Origin: Chrysemys picta bellii
Taxonomy: Eukaryota
Length of the DNA stretch: 64,000 nt
NCBI RefSeq assembly: GCF_011386835.1
Contig: NC_088814.1
Coordinates: forward strand, 930,001-994,000
Direction of reading: 5' to 3'
Below are positions 38,601 to 62,700 of the stretch, piece by piece. Under the pieces are notes generated by a model. It was not told the origin of the DNA. It did no database searches and was given only the letters and a program-made list of their open reading frames with translations. Position 1 is the stretch's first letter. Each line of letters starts with the position of its first letter. A program made the translations under genes and the position numbers.

Positions 38601-41460
38601 TAGTCTTTTTTAATTTCTACACAGTTTCTTATTATTAATACTCTTACCTAACACCTCCAGAAGCAACTCAACATAGGCAAAAGGAGTTGGCACATTGATC
38701 TGGAAGCGTAGAGCCTTCAGAATGTCAAGTTCTGACTCCAGCAAGTTCTGTTTTGTGTATGAATAGTCTAAGGACTGCAGAAATTTCAGAACTGTGTTAT
38801 TGTTAATTATCTGGAAAAAACAGTGATGGGTTATTTTTAAAACTGCTGCTGTGAGTAAGAGGTGTTCTCTCAAGATCCCAGAAGTTCACCTGCATGATGA
38901 TATGCTGTTAATAGTTTCTTTGAGCTGAGAACTAATAGAATTTTTGTTTAACTTGCCTTCTAAGCTAAAAATGGAAAATGCAAGCTGAAATTATTACCCT
39001 TTGCCAGGTAGTAGCACATATTAGGGTTTTACAGGGCTGTGCCCCATTGGAGCAGAAAGCAGGGACGCTGAGTTTGGGTATTTGATCAGTATAACTTTTT
39101 TTATTTACACAATATACACATGTCGTGGAACAGAAGTGGTCACACATGGCAGAAAGGCAAAGCCCTCCCCCTGCAATATCAGCCCTAACACTATTACCCA
39201 CTTCCCAGGAAGTATATTTGTCCCAAGGGTCAACTCCAATTAGAGAGATTAAGGCAGAGAGAAAACTCTCTTGCTTTCAATATTTTCCTCAAAAATAAAA
39301 TACATCACAATACTAACAACAACACAGCATTTCTTCAAACTGAATAGGGCATCACACACTGAGAAAATTAACTTGTAAAGCTATGTAACAGCATCATCTG
39401 GCGACTCCCTCCAAAACAATCCTGGGTTTTGATATTGTGGTGTGCTTAACAACCAAATGGTACAGGTCATGGTTACTCTAAATAATAAAATTATGTTAAC
39501 GTCTTTCATTGTGAAGGTGCAGTGTACGATTTCCAGAGGCATAACAGTTACTGTGCCTGAGTGCAAGAGGGTCTAGATCTCCCATGCCCAAATTATCCTG
39601 GATTACATAGTCACTGTTGTCCTTTGAAACAGTAACTCCTTTGGTGCGGAGTTGAGATAAGACCAAAATCTAAGTAAGAAAGAATATACTGTAGTACTAC
39701 AAATTTGGTGTAAGAAAGTGATTAGTTTGCTCACATTGTAGTGAAAAGAAAGTTTGCTTGCAAGCTGAATGCAAGAGACAAGCCGCAGCACAAATGTGTC
39801 ACACATCTGTGCTTTCGAAGTGCCCCAGATGTTGCCCTCTCCTTGTTCATTGTTTGTCCTTGACTTTTTGGTAGAGTTATAGCTCTCTTCTACATGCTTA
39901 ATCATAAACCTGCAAGAAAAAAAAAGCTAACTATGTTAGGAATCATTAGGAAAAGGATAGATAATAAGACAGTAAATATAATGGCATTATATAAATCCAT
40001 GGTATACCCACACCTTGAATATTGCATGCAGTTCTGGTCACCTCATCTCAAAGAAGCTATATTAGAATTGGAAACAGAACAGAAAAGGGCAACAAAAAGA
40101 ATTAGTGGTATAGAATAGCTTCCATACAAGGAGAGATTAAAAAGACCGCGTCTGTTCAGTTTAGAAAAGAGAAGAGTACAGATACAACAGAGGTCTATAA
40201 AAATCATGAATGTTGTGGAGAAAGTGAATAGGGAAGTGCTATTTACCCCTTCACATAACACAAGAACCAGGGTCACCTGATTAAACCTGTTGCCTATTAA
40301 TTTAAAACAAACAAATGGAAGTACTTCTTCACATAATGCTGTGGAACTCGTTGCCAGGGAATGCTGTGAAGGCCAAAACTATAACTGGGTTCAAAAAAAG
40401 ATCTGTACGTTCATAGAGGATAGGTCCATCATTTGCCATGATGGTCAGGGACACAACCCCAGGCTCTGGGTGTCCCTAAACCTCCAACTGCCAGAAGCTG
40501 GGACTGGATGACAGGGGATGGATCACTCAAAATTGCCCTGTTCTGTTCATTCCCTCTGAACCATCTGGCACTGGCCACTGTCAGAGACAGGGTATTGGGC
40601 TAGATGGACCACTGGGCTTGCCCAGCAGGACCATTCTTATGTAAAAGATTGGCTCTCCAAAAAGTTGCCTTTTGCTAACAAAAAGAAAAGTACCTTCTAA
40701 CTTGTATTCAGAATACTTTACTCTCAATATACATACCAATTATACTTGTAATTAAATGACAGGAAAGACAAAGCTGCAGCTATAGATACTCCATATCTTC
40801 TGCCTGAGCAGTGCAGAATACATACAATATAACTGTACTACAGATATAAGAATTGCGTGTTGTCTTTGCTTGGGAAGTTACCTTTCAAATATTTCAACTG
40901 CTTGATATCGTGCAGATTGGTCCAGGAACCATTTTTCACACAGAAGAAATACAAATTCTGCAAAAAAGTGCAATTAATCATAACTGGAACTGATGGATAA
41001 GATGGACACACTTTATCACAAAATAAAAGTAACTAAGCGAGATGATAAGGAATCAGACATGAAAACTGAGTCACTCTTTGTAAAGAGGCCACTAATGGGA
41101 GTTTATGTAGAGGATAAACAACGAGGAGTCCTTGTGGCACCTTAGGGACTAACAAATTTATTTGGGCATAAGCTTTGTTAGTCTCTATGGTGCCACAAGG
41201 TGCACACAAATGCACACATCAGGCATTCATGGCATGTGGACACAGACACACAAACATACACAGGCTGACAAAGATCTGCATCTCTCACCCACTATCTGGG
41301 TCTCTTTGAAGCATCCTGCTTGATCCGACAGCTCATTCAGATATTGTTCATTTTCTGTAGCTAAACAAATTAAAGTATCTTCAATGATCTCGGGAGCAAC
41401 AACTCCAAAGACTGGCTCCGGGGTGCGAAACCTGGACACTGCCTGTGCCTCTAAGCTCAT
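35698..41460 (-). CDS. CNTD1: Cyclin N-terminal domain containing 1 (meiotic crossover factor), 7 coding exons, 327 aa
   Basis: Exons 41460-41289, 40957-40882, 39909-39735, 38810-38648, 37957-37813, 36597-36501, 35853-35698; all GT-AG, total 984 nt; motifs FGVVAPEIIED, YQAVEIFER, LRLVSCIQLASKL, KEDFMLLAVGII. Confidence 0.95.
37099..37560 (+). mobile_element. Solo LTR (probably Gypsy-type) in CNTD1 intron 5
   Basis: TG...CA ends (TGTGACG / CGTGACA), internal AATAAA at 37467-37472, near-TSD CCGA/CCCA; GC-rich island in an AT-rich intron. Confidence 0.75.
39915..40642 (+). mobile_element. 5'-truncated CR1 LINE in CNTD1 intron 2
   Basis: RT-tail peptide LYKSMVYPHLEYCMQFWSPHLK and CR1 3' UTR ending CCATTCTTATGT. 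Confidence 0.9.
41118..41200. mobile_element. Penelope-like end fragment with inverted partial copy, in CNTD1 intron 1
   Basis: Minus-strand copy of the 3890-3950 motif followed by its own inverted duplicate: 26-bp arms at 41130-41155 and 41175-41200 (24/26 complementary). Confidence 0.55.
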
Positions 41461-41928
41461 CTCAGCACTTCTGGCCAGTTCTCAAACAATAAAATAATAA
41501 CAGTGTTATTTTTATAGCGCTGCAGCTGTACCCACTACAGTAATTATCAGAGAGGGCACCAGGTAGTGCACGGAACAAGTATAATCCGAAACTTTGCTAT
41601 GGAAAAATGACACCTCCGTACTCTGGATGTGCTCCCTGGGCGTGTTCGGAATCGCGCTGGAGTTAACACGTACGCTTGTACAAGTGCTCGCTCGTGTCAG
41701 TGCTGCAGGGGCCATCGCCGGCACAGGCGGGAGAACGGGATTTCAATCCCCCTGGTGCTCCCTCGACAGTTGTTAGCTACATGCCAAGCCCAGGGCAGGG
41801 CCACCAGCTGCCCCCCGGCACCACGCGTGACCCACGCCCCACAGGGCTTTATGAAAGGAACACACGACCACCGACTACCAGAGACGCTGCTTGGGGCATC
41901 GCTGATGAGCGGACGATAAAATGAACTC

Positions 41929-42118
41929 GCTGGCTACCCTGCTAGCGCCCGCCAAGGGGACGTGGCCCATAGCAGAGGCAGGGCTGCCTGTCCCCCATGA
42001 GGAAGCTGGCGGCTCGCTGCTGGCTACCCCGCTAGCGCCCGCCAAGGGGACGTGGCCCATAGCGGAGGCAGGGCTGCCTGTCCCCCTGAGGAAGCTGGCG
42101 GCTCGCTGCTGGCTACCC
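41929..42118. repeat. 90-bp tandem duplication (about 2.1 units) upstream of the CNTD1 ATG
   Basis: GCTAGCGCCCGCCAAGGGGACGTGG at 41941 and 42031; explains the repeated peptide in ORF 41921..42466. Confidence 0.9.
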
Positions 42119-42379
42119 GTGCCCCCTCCCCCTGTCAGCGCGGGGGCACACGCGGGCGCTGCTGCGGCCGGGGCGTTCCCCCAGAGCGGAGTCAAGGGGC
42201 GCGTTGGGGAACCCGCTGGCCCGGGTCTGAGCCTGGGCAGGGCCTGGGGGGGTTGGAAGGGAGGTGTCAGGGGTCCCAGCCCGGGGGGGGGGTCGAGGCC
42301 CCCACCAGGCCGATGGTGGGAGCTGGAGGCCTCGGTTGCTCTGGGATATTTTTTCCCTCCTCATCACCTCATCTCACAT

Positions 42380-42789
42380 GCCGTCTCTCAGCCAATCACA
42401 CGACGCCGTAGCCCGTTGCCATCTGGTCACGTGGCATTCTCCCACTCGCTCGAGACGCCTCACTGAGTCACTTCTTCCCGCCTAAAAGTTCTCCGGGTCA
42501 CGTGAAGTCACTGACCACCAATCGCAAGAGACGCTCAGTGTCACGCGGCCCGCGTAACCAATCGGGCGGGAGCACCTGGTCCCCTAGCGGTGATTGGCCA
42601 GAATCAGAACGTCCATCGCTCTCGCGGATGGGTACTTTGCCCTCATCGAACATGGCGTCACGCGCGTCACGTAGGCGGAGTCACGCCGACGCTGCCGGGG
42701 TCGCGCGTTTGCCCGAAGCGGATAGGCCGGCCGCCTGCGCGCGCCGGCCCATCAGTCACGCGGGCGGTGGGCGCGGCTCCGCGGGGAAG
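42380..42789. promoter_or_regulatory. Bidirectional COA3/CNTD1 CpG-island promoter
   Basis: Several CCAAT boxes (near 42391, 42518, 42558, reverse at 42592), GTCACGTG E-boxes (42426-42433, 42497-42504), YY1-like AAGATGGCGG over the COA3 ATG. Confidence 0.75.
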
Positions 42790-43655
42790 ATGGCGGCGCC
42801 GCGGGAGCCGGGCCGGGACTCGGAGGCCGCGTTCGCGAAGCGGATTGACCCGGCGCGGGAGCCGGAGCTGAGCGCGGAGCAGCGGCGCGTCATGCAGCGC
42901 GCGGAGGAGGCGCTGCGCCAGCGGGCCCTGCAGCGCCGGCTCCGGGGCCGCAACGTGCTGACGGGGCTGGGCATCGGCGCGGTGGTGCTGGGCATCTGTA
43001 TCCGCCGGGCCGCGGGGCGGGGGGGCCCCGGAGGAGGGGTGGGGGATGGGAGGAGCGTGGGGCCCCCCTGGAGAAGGGGTGGGAGGAGCATGGCCCCCCC
43101 CGGAGGAGGAAGGGTGGGGGGGAAGAGCGTGGGGCCCCCCGGAGGAGTGGGGGTGGGAGGAGTGTGGGGACCCCCCCAGAGGAGAGGGGTGGGAGGAGCG
43201 TGGGAGCCCCCCTGGAGGAGGAGGGGGTGGGGGGAGCGTGGGGCCCCCCAGAGGAGGAGGGGTGGGGGGGATGGGAGGAGCGTGGGGGCCCCCCCGGAGG
43301 AGGAGGAGGGGTGGGGGTGGGAGGAGCGTGGGGGCCCCCCCGGAGGAGGAGGAGGGGTGGGGGTGGGAGGAGCATGGCCCTCCCCGGAGGAGGAGGGGTG
43401 GGGGTGGGAGGAGCGTGGGGCCCCCCCAGAGGAGGGGGGGCTGGAGGGATTCTGGGGGGGATCAGCCCTGTGGAGCAGGGAAGGGCCACTGGGGGAGGTT
43501 GGGGGGTGTCTGATTTTCTTCCCCCCCCCCCCCATGTTTTCCTGAGCGGCTCTATCCCAGATGGTTACACCTTCTACAAGATCTCCCAGGAGCGATTCCT
43601 GGATGAGCTGGAGCTGGAGCAGGAGGTCCAGGCTGCCCAGACCCCAGTGAACTGA
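42790..43655 (+). CDS. COA3: Cytochrome c oxidase assembly factor 3 (CCDC56), 2 exons, 100 aa
   Basis: Exons 42790-42997 and 43561-43655; [46 protein letters not shown] at 43973-43978. Confidence 0.95.
43029..43440. repeat. G-rich minisatellite inside the COA3 intron
   Basis: About 10 imperfect 35-46 bp units of GGAGGAGGAGGGGTGGGGGTGGGAGGAGCGTGGGGCCCCCCC. Confidence 0.9.
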
Positions 43656-45562
43656 GCCCCTGAGCAGGCTGGGGGGGCTCCCCACTTGGGATGGATCCAG
43701 CTGGAACTGAGGCCTGTGCCAGGGACCCTCAGCAGCCCGACGCCTCTTGGGTTGCATCTGCCTTTGACATGCCAGGCACTCCCTATGGTGGGCCAAGTCC
43801 CCCTCGGTGGAAGGGGGGGTCCCTCTCCCCTGTGCCCAGTGGGGACCAGGCTCCTGTTAACTCCAGTTAAACCTTCCGGCTGCAGTTGCAGACTGTGGTG
43901 CAACAGCACCAGGTTTGTTTCCGGACATGCTCATCTGCCATTCACCCCCTGCAGCAGGTGGGCCAGGGCCTCAATAAATCTGTCTAAATGATTCACCAGA
44001 GTGGGTGTGTGAAATGCCAGCCCTGGGCCTCCCAAGTGGGGCCTGCTGGGGGGCACTTGGGATGGGGGTTGGAAGGATAAGTTGGGGTAAGTGCAACATC
44101 CCTGTAATATCTTCTTGTTGGTGAAAATACACACAGGGGAAGCTTAAATGCTGTCGCCCAGGTCTGTCCCACCAGCCCCTGGGGCGGTTTGTAGCTATTT
44201 AAGAGCAAATGGGGAAAGGTGGTAGAATACTAGGACCAAGTTTGTTGGCTGCAGGTGCGGTTGAACATGGCTGCCTTGGTGCTGCATCATGAATTCCTCG
44301 TTTCCTGGTGCTGAGAGGAAGCCAGGGGCGGTACCTGGCCTGGGGGTGCCACCCAGCGTGTTTACCACCGGCAGGAAGAGGAGGATGCACCAGGGAGTGA
44401 TTCTGCCCAGTTATCCACTGATCTCAGCACATGCCCTGGTGTGGGGGGAAGAGTAGAGCCCTGGGAGAGGCTGATACATGGAAAGGTGCCTCCTTGGCCT
44501 CAGGGGAGAGAGATTTGAGTCCTGCAGGTACAGGACTTGCTCAGCCTTTCTAAGCTAGTACATGGCTGCAGAGCTCCCTGGAGTGAGTTGTGCTTCACCT
44601 CTGGCTGAGCAATGCTCTCTCCCTTCAGTCTACAGCCTGGAATGGCTAATCTGCATTGCACCACTGTAGCCAGCACCCAGCCCTGGGGGGGAAGCACGGG
44701 ATTGCCCAAGCCATGGTCCCTGGGCTGCCCTCATTTCCACCAGTCAGGGTGTTTGAGGCATTGACCTTACTGGGCCATTGGGGGGTGGCACTAGACCTGG
44801 AAGTCAGTGACTCATTTTTTAAAAGGTGATGCAACTTTGAGGATATGAATAAAGCCAACTTTGTGGTGAGCTGCTTGCGTGACCTTCGGCTAATGATGCC
44901 TGTGTGCCCACTCGGATACTCCAGGGAGGGGAAAAACCCTGCAAGTGATGTGGGGAAGGTGTCTGTATGCTGCCTCCATGACCCACTGAATTAGATACAA
45001 AGGTGATGTGCTGCCCTCGGGGAAGAAGGCACAAACCGCCCCCCCTCACTCCCAGGAAGGGTGGCTCTTACTGCCCTTGGCCCAGCCTGCATGGGAAACC
45101 CTCCTTCCTTTGCCCCTGCGAAGGGCAGAACTCCAGTGCCTGCAGTTATCTTTGCCTTCGTCGTGTTCCAATAAATGCCTCTGGAAATTGTGCTTCCAAG
45201 TAGATTATTAAGGCAGCTGGTGGCAGGCGGCCAGCTCCGTGCCTCAGGGACTGTTCCATGAAGCACACATTTACCTAAGAGGCTAAAGAGGGTGTGGGGG
45301 GGGTGAGAGAATGAGACTTTCCAGCTCATTGGATTAAGTCCTGAATTCACAGGAGAGGGGACAGCAGCTGTATTACCTGGTGGCCACCTTCCCACGCCCA
45401 CCCCGCCATAGACACCGCAGGGTTTCTTCTCAAACAGTTTACAAGAAAAGCCTCCCACCCGCATCTGTCCTACCGGAAGAATCGATTTGGTTACAAGATG
45501 CTCCAGCTGCTGTAATCACACCCCACCGGCACTGTGCATTCAGCCATCCCCATGTGATCTGT

Positions 45563-45568
45563 TTTATT
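45563..45568 (-). terminator. Probable WNK4 polyadenylation signal AATAAA
   Basis: TTTATT on the plus strand about 1.06 kb downstream of the WNK4 stop. Confidence 0.65.
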
Positions 45569-46629
45569 CACAACCACTGTACAGAGTCTCTAAAAAGCCT
45601 TTTACGACAAGGTCAGTCTGTCCTATGGCAAGGCAGGGCAAGGGCAGCGCTTCTCGCTGACGCTATGGGGCCAGAGCGGAAGCCGAGCTCCAAGGCCCAG
45701 CAAGTACAAGCCTGATGCCTGTTGCCCAGGAGAATGGCTTGGCACGAGGGTGTAAAAGCACTTGCCCCGATGCTGCTGGTTTATGGTTCTAGGGCAAAGA
45801 GGCACTGAGAACTCAGCCCCTGCGCAGGGGGCAGCACCCCCCTCCCTGCAATGGGGCTGGCGGCTCCTGGCGAGGAGTAAAGCACAGAGGTGAGTTGCCA
45901 TAAAGAGGAGGGACAGGGTCTGCACGTGCATTTCCTATAACCCAGGCCCTGCCTTCAGCAAACATGACCCCAGGGGCCTAGCTCAGGGTGTCGGGGTGAA
46001 GTGCTCTCCACCCAGGGCATGAGTCCAGGCAGAGGCAAGATCAGCCCCGCCCCAGGCAGCCTGGGCCTGCGTCCCTGGCACTGCCCCTGTGGGTGGGGGC
46101 CCTGGTGCTTTCTGGGAGTGTCTGAAGAGTGGGGAGGTGGGGGTCAGTGAAGGGCTGGTACCCAGCTAAGCAGGAAGCGTTTCTCAGCTGACACTAGGGG
46201 TGCTCTGAAGCAAGGCTCCCCATAGGGTAGGGCGTTACCCTGCCCCACTCAAGCTCCTTCCCAGCTGCAGCCCGTGTGGGGAGCAGGTGAACCAGGCTGG
46301 GCGGGACCCTAGTGCTGCCACCATCAGACTTCACGGGGGCCCGTGGGGGGCAATGCAGATCCTCCCTGGGGCTGTCAGACAAAGCCAGGAGTCTCTGGCG
46401 ACCACGCTCCAGGCGGTAGCACCCGCAGCCGACACCGTGGGGCCGGCTCCGCAGGGACAAAGCTGGGAGGGGCACACAAGGGCAGGAGTTGCCAGTGCGG
46501 TCTCCACACCCAGAAGAGTCCGTGGGGCAAGTGCTGGCTGGTCAGCTCACAGCAGGGCCTCTCACCACCCCTCCAGGGCAGCTGGCGCATGGCTGAGGTA
46601 GTCCATGAAAGTCGGTGCTGGCAGGCCGG

Positions 46630-59762
<13,133 letters not shown>

Positions 59763-62700
59763 CTCCTCAAAACAACCCAGCCACTAAGAGCCTCCATGCT
59801 CCCACCCAGAGATGGAGCCCCTATTGTTTCCCCTATCCATCCTCCCGGCTCTCTTTGCCAGCCACATACACGGCAGCAAGGCCACGCCAAGCTCCCAGTA
59901 CAGAGCCCAGACTGGCTGCGTGGGCACCGGTGCCCCGCACAGACAGCAGCCATGGCCTGTCCCAGCAGCCCCGGGAGTGCTGTTGGCGCTGCCCAGGTCA
60001 GCGGCATTACTCACGTAGCAGAGACGAGCAGAGCCAGGCACCACGGCACCAGCAAGGCCACGCAGAGCATCCTCCCCCCCCCCCACGCCCTGGAGCCAGC
60101 GCAGGGCTGGGGAGCTGGCAGCCGCTAATCGCGCCGGCTGGACGCACTGTGCATCCCAGCTGCCAGACTCCCCCAGAACGCCCCGGCCCAGCTTATCAGC
60201 ACCAGAGACAGCCCGTATCTGGGTCAGGATGGACATGGGGTGTCGGGGGAGGACAGAGCAGCCCGGGGCTGCGGGCACAAGAGCGGAAATTCACTCACCT
60301 CCCAGCCCCCGAGAGCAAGCAGGGACAGCAGGACCCTTTGCCCAGCAAACAGCCGGGCTCTGCACAGAGAGAGCCGGGGCCAAGCCAAGCCCCCCGTGTG
60401 CCAGCCCCCGCAGGGGAAGGACGCGTCTCCCCCGCCCCTTCCAGGGAGCGGAGGGGCCCGCCAGGGACAGAGCAGGGGTGAGACTTTTTGGCTTACTCTG
60501 GATTTGCTGCTCCCCTGTTAAGCCACGTGCTGGATGGAGGGAGGGGCTGGGCCAGTATTTCAGCGGCTGGCTGGAGTGGGCACGGTGCCCACGCAGCACG
60601 CTGGGGTGTTAGTGAGACAGAAGCCGCCCCCAGCCCAGCACTGAGATTCTCCAGTGGGCCCAGCCAGAGGAGGCTGCCCACTCGCACGGCGCTGGGCATG
60701 CGCCCACGTGGACGCGGAGTGACACCCACAAAGCCACCAGTGTCTGCACCTCCTGCCGCAGCTGTGGGCCGTGCAGGGCCGGAGATCGGCGCCACCTTTT
60801 ATCCATGGGGGGGCAAACCCGACTCCTCCCCAGCAGCCCACCCAGCCTGCCTTTGTGCCCCAGCTCAGGGCATGAACCTGCGTTCGCGCAGGGAGCGGGG
60901 CAGGAGCGCGGGGGCTCGTTTCCACTGGGGATTCCGCCCCAGCATAGCAGTCCCGGGGCATCAGTCCCCAGCCCCTGCACAAGGGGGGGCCGAGGCCTGG
61001 TGACCCCCAGGTGCTAAGCACCCCCCACCCCGCGGCTCAGCAGGGCCCAGGTAGTTGGGTCCCAATTCGCAGCCCGAGAACTCGTGACAAGAGACAGGAG
61101 GGAGCGCTCAGCGCCCAGCACAGCTCCTGCCAGCCAATGCCCTGGCCAAGAGAGAACTTGTGTGCACAGGGGCAGCCTGCCCTGGGCTGCCCCCTCCACC
61201 TGGCATAGCCCCGCCAGTGTCTCCCGCCCAGCCAGCATGGCCCCTCGGGCCAGCCTTGCACCCGTACACAAGGAACAATTCCTGCTGCCTCCTCGGAGAG
61301 CGGGCGGGCGGCTGGCGAGTGCAGACACAGGGCACCTTTATGGCAGGGGGCCACGCGAGCCTCAATGCCGCCTTTGTTGGCAACACAGGCGCGTCAGGCT
61401 CTGGGCCCGGTTTTTCCATGTTCCTCCTGCTCAAGTTAATTAAAGTGGCAGCAGAAGTGGAGCTTTGACAGAGGCTTAAAGCACCGTGACTAGGAGCCCA
61501 GCCCCAAGGTCAGCAGGGAGGGCACAGGCACCTGCCCCCTGGGGCTCAGCCTGGCAGCTCCATCCCCTCACCGGGGCTGCTGGCGCCAGCCAGGACAGCT
61601 TCCCTTCCACCCACAGGCCAGGCAAACGCCCATGAGTCCTGCTCAGCACACACACAACCCCTTCCTCCGCCCCCTCTCCCATTGCCTCCCCCACGCTCCC
61701 CCCTCCGGCCCCCCACCCCACAGCGCTCCCCGCGGGCTGTCCAGGCTCTGGAGTCCCCATGCATTCCTGTCATGTGCTCCACAAACCAAACCCTCCCCAG
61801 GAGCCGTGCCTGGCCGCTGACCTGCTGGTAACTGTGCCCAAGGCCCTGCTCCCTCCCTCGCAGAACCCAGCAATGTCCGGAGAAACTGGCACAAGTGGAG
61901 GACTGATCCCCCTGCCCCAGCGCCAGCCACTGCCCGGCCTGTGGCACCCTCTCCCTAGACAGGGGCCGGAGCTCCTGTTCCCCCACCCGCAAGGCGCTAT
62001 GGGGCCACAGCTCTCTCCTTGGCCCTGGCCCGTGATAATACTGGGGAGCCGGGCCTGGCGTGGAGGCGAGATACCCCAGCAGTCGCTGCGAGCCCAGTTT
62101 GCCTTGGCGTATCTTTAAGGCAGGCACATGAAACGACACGAGCCTGGAGCAGCAAGAACTGACTCCATCCATGGCCCCCGGTCGATTCCTGGCCTGCGCT
62201 CGAAATGCCGAACGTGCCGCGCAGGCGGTGTTTCCTGGCAGGGCCCTGCCTGCTGGGAGCGGGAACACTGCCCCTGGGGGGCTGCAGCCCTACATCCGAC
62301 AGCAAGCACCCCCCTCTGCCCCTCCCTGATGAGAGCAGGGCCCATGGGAGCCTGTGGAGGGCTGACCCCCCCTGCCCCAGCACCAGGCAGCGAGCAGGCA
62401 GAGCGCAGGCAGGATCCGGAGCTGCCCGGCTGGGACAACTCTCCACATCCCTGCCCTGACAGCCAAAGAAACCAACGGCTCGCGGCTGCCGCGTTCCTAA
62501 ACACTGGAAGCGGCAGGCTCCAGGGAGCCGTGCGCTCAGCCCCTTGGCTCGCAGGAGCCATAAATCAGCCCGGGAATCTTTCGTAATGTTTTCGTTGCAT
62601 CATAACTGGCCCCGTGGTTGGGTTGCAGCTGCCCAGTGCCCCACATGGGGCTGTGCACAATCCCATCCTTTCACACCCACGTTCGGGGCCCTGACCCCGC

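Noticed and set aside
41902-41920. CTGATGAG...GATAAAA resembling a hammerhead ribozyme core
   Set aside because: No GAAA closing a stem II and no pairing for stems I/III; the CTGATGA near 34913 fails in the same way.
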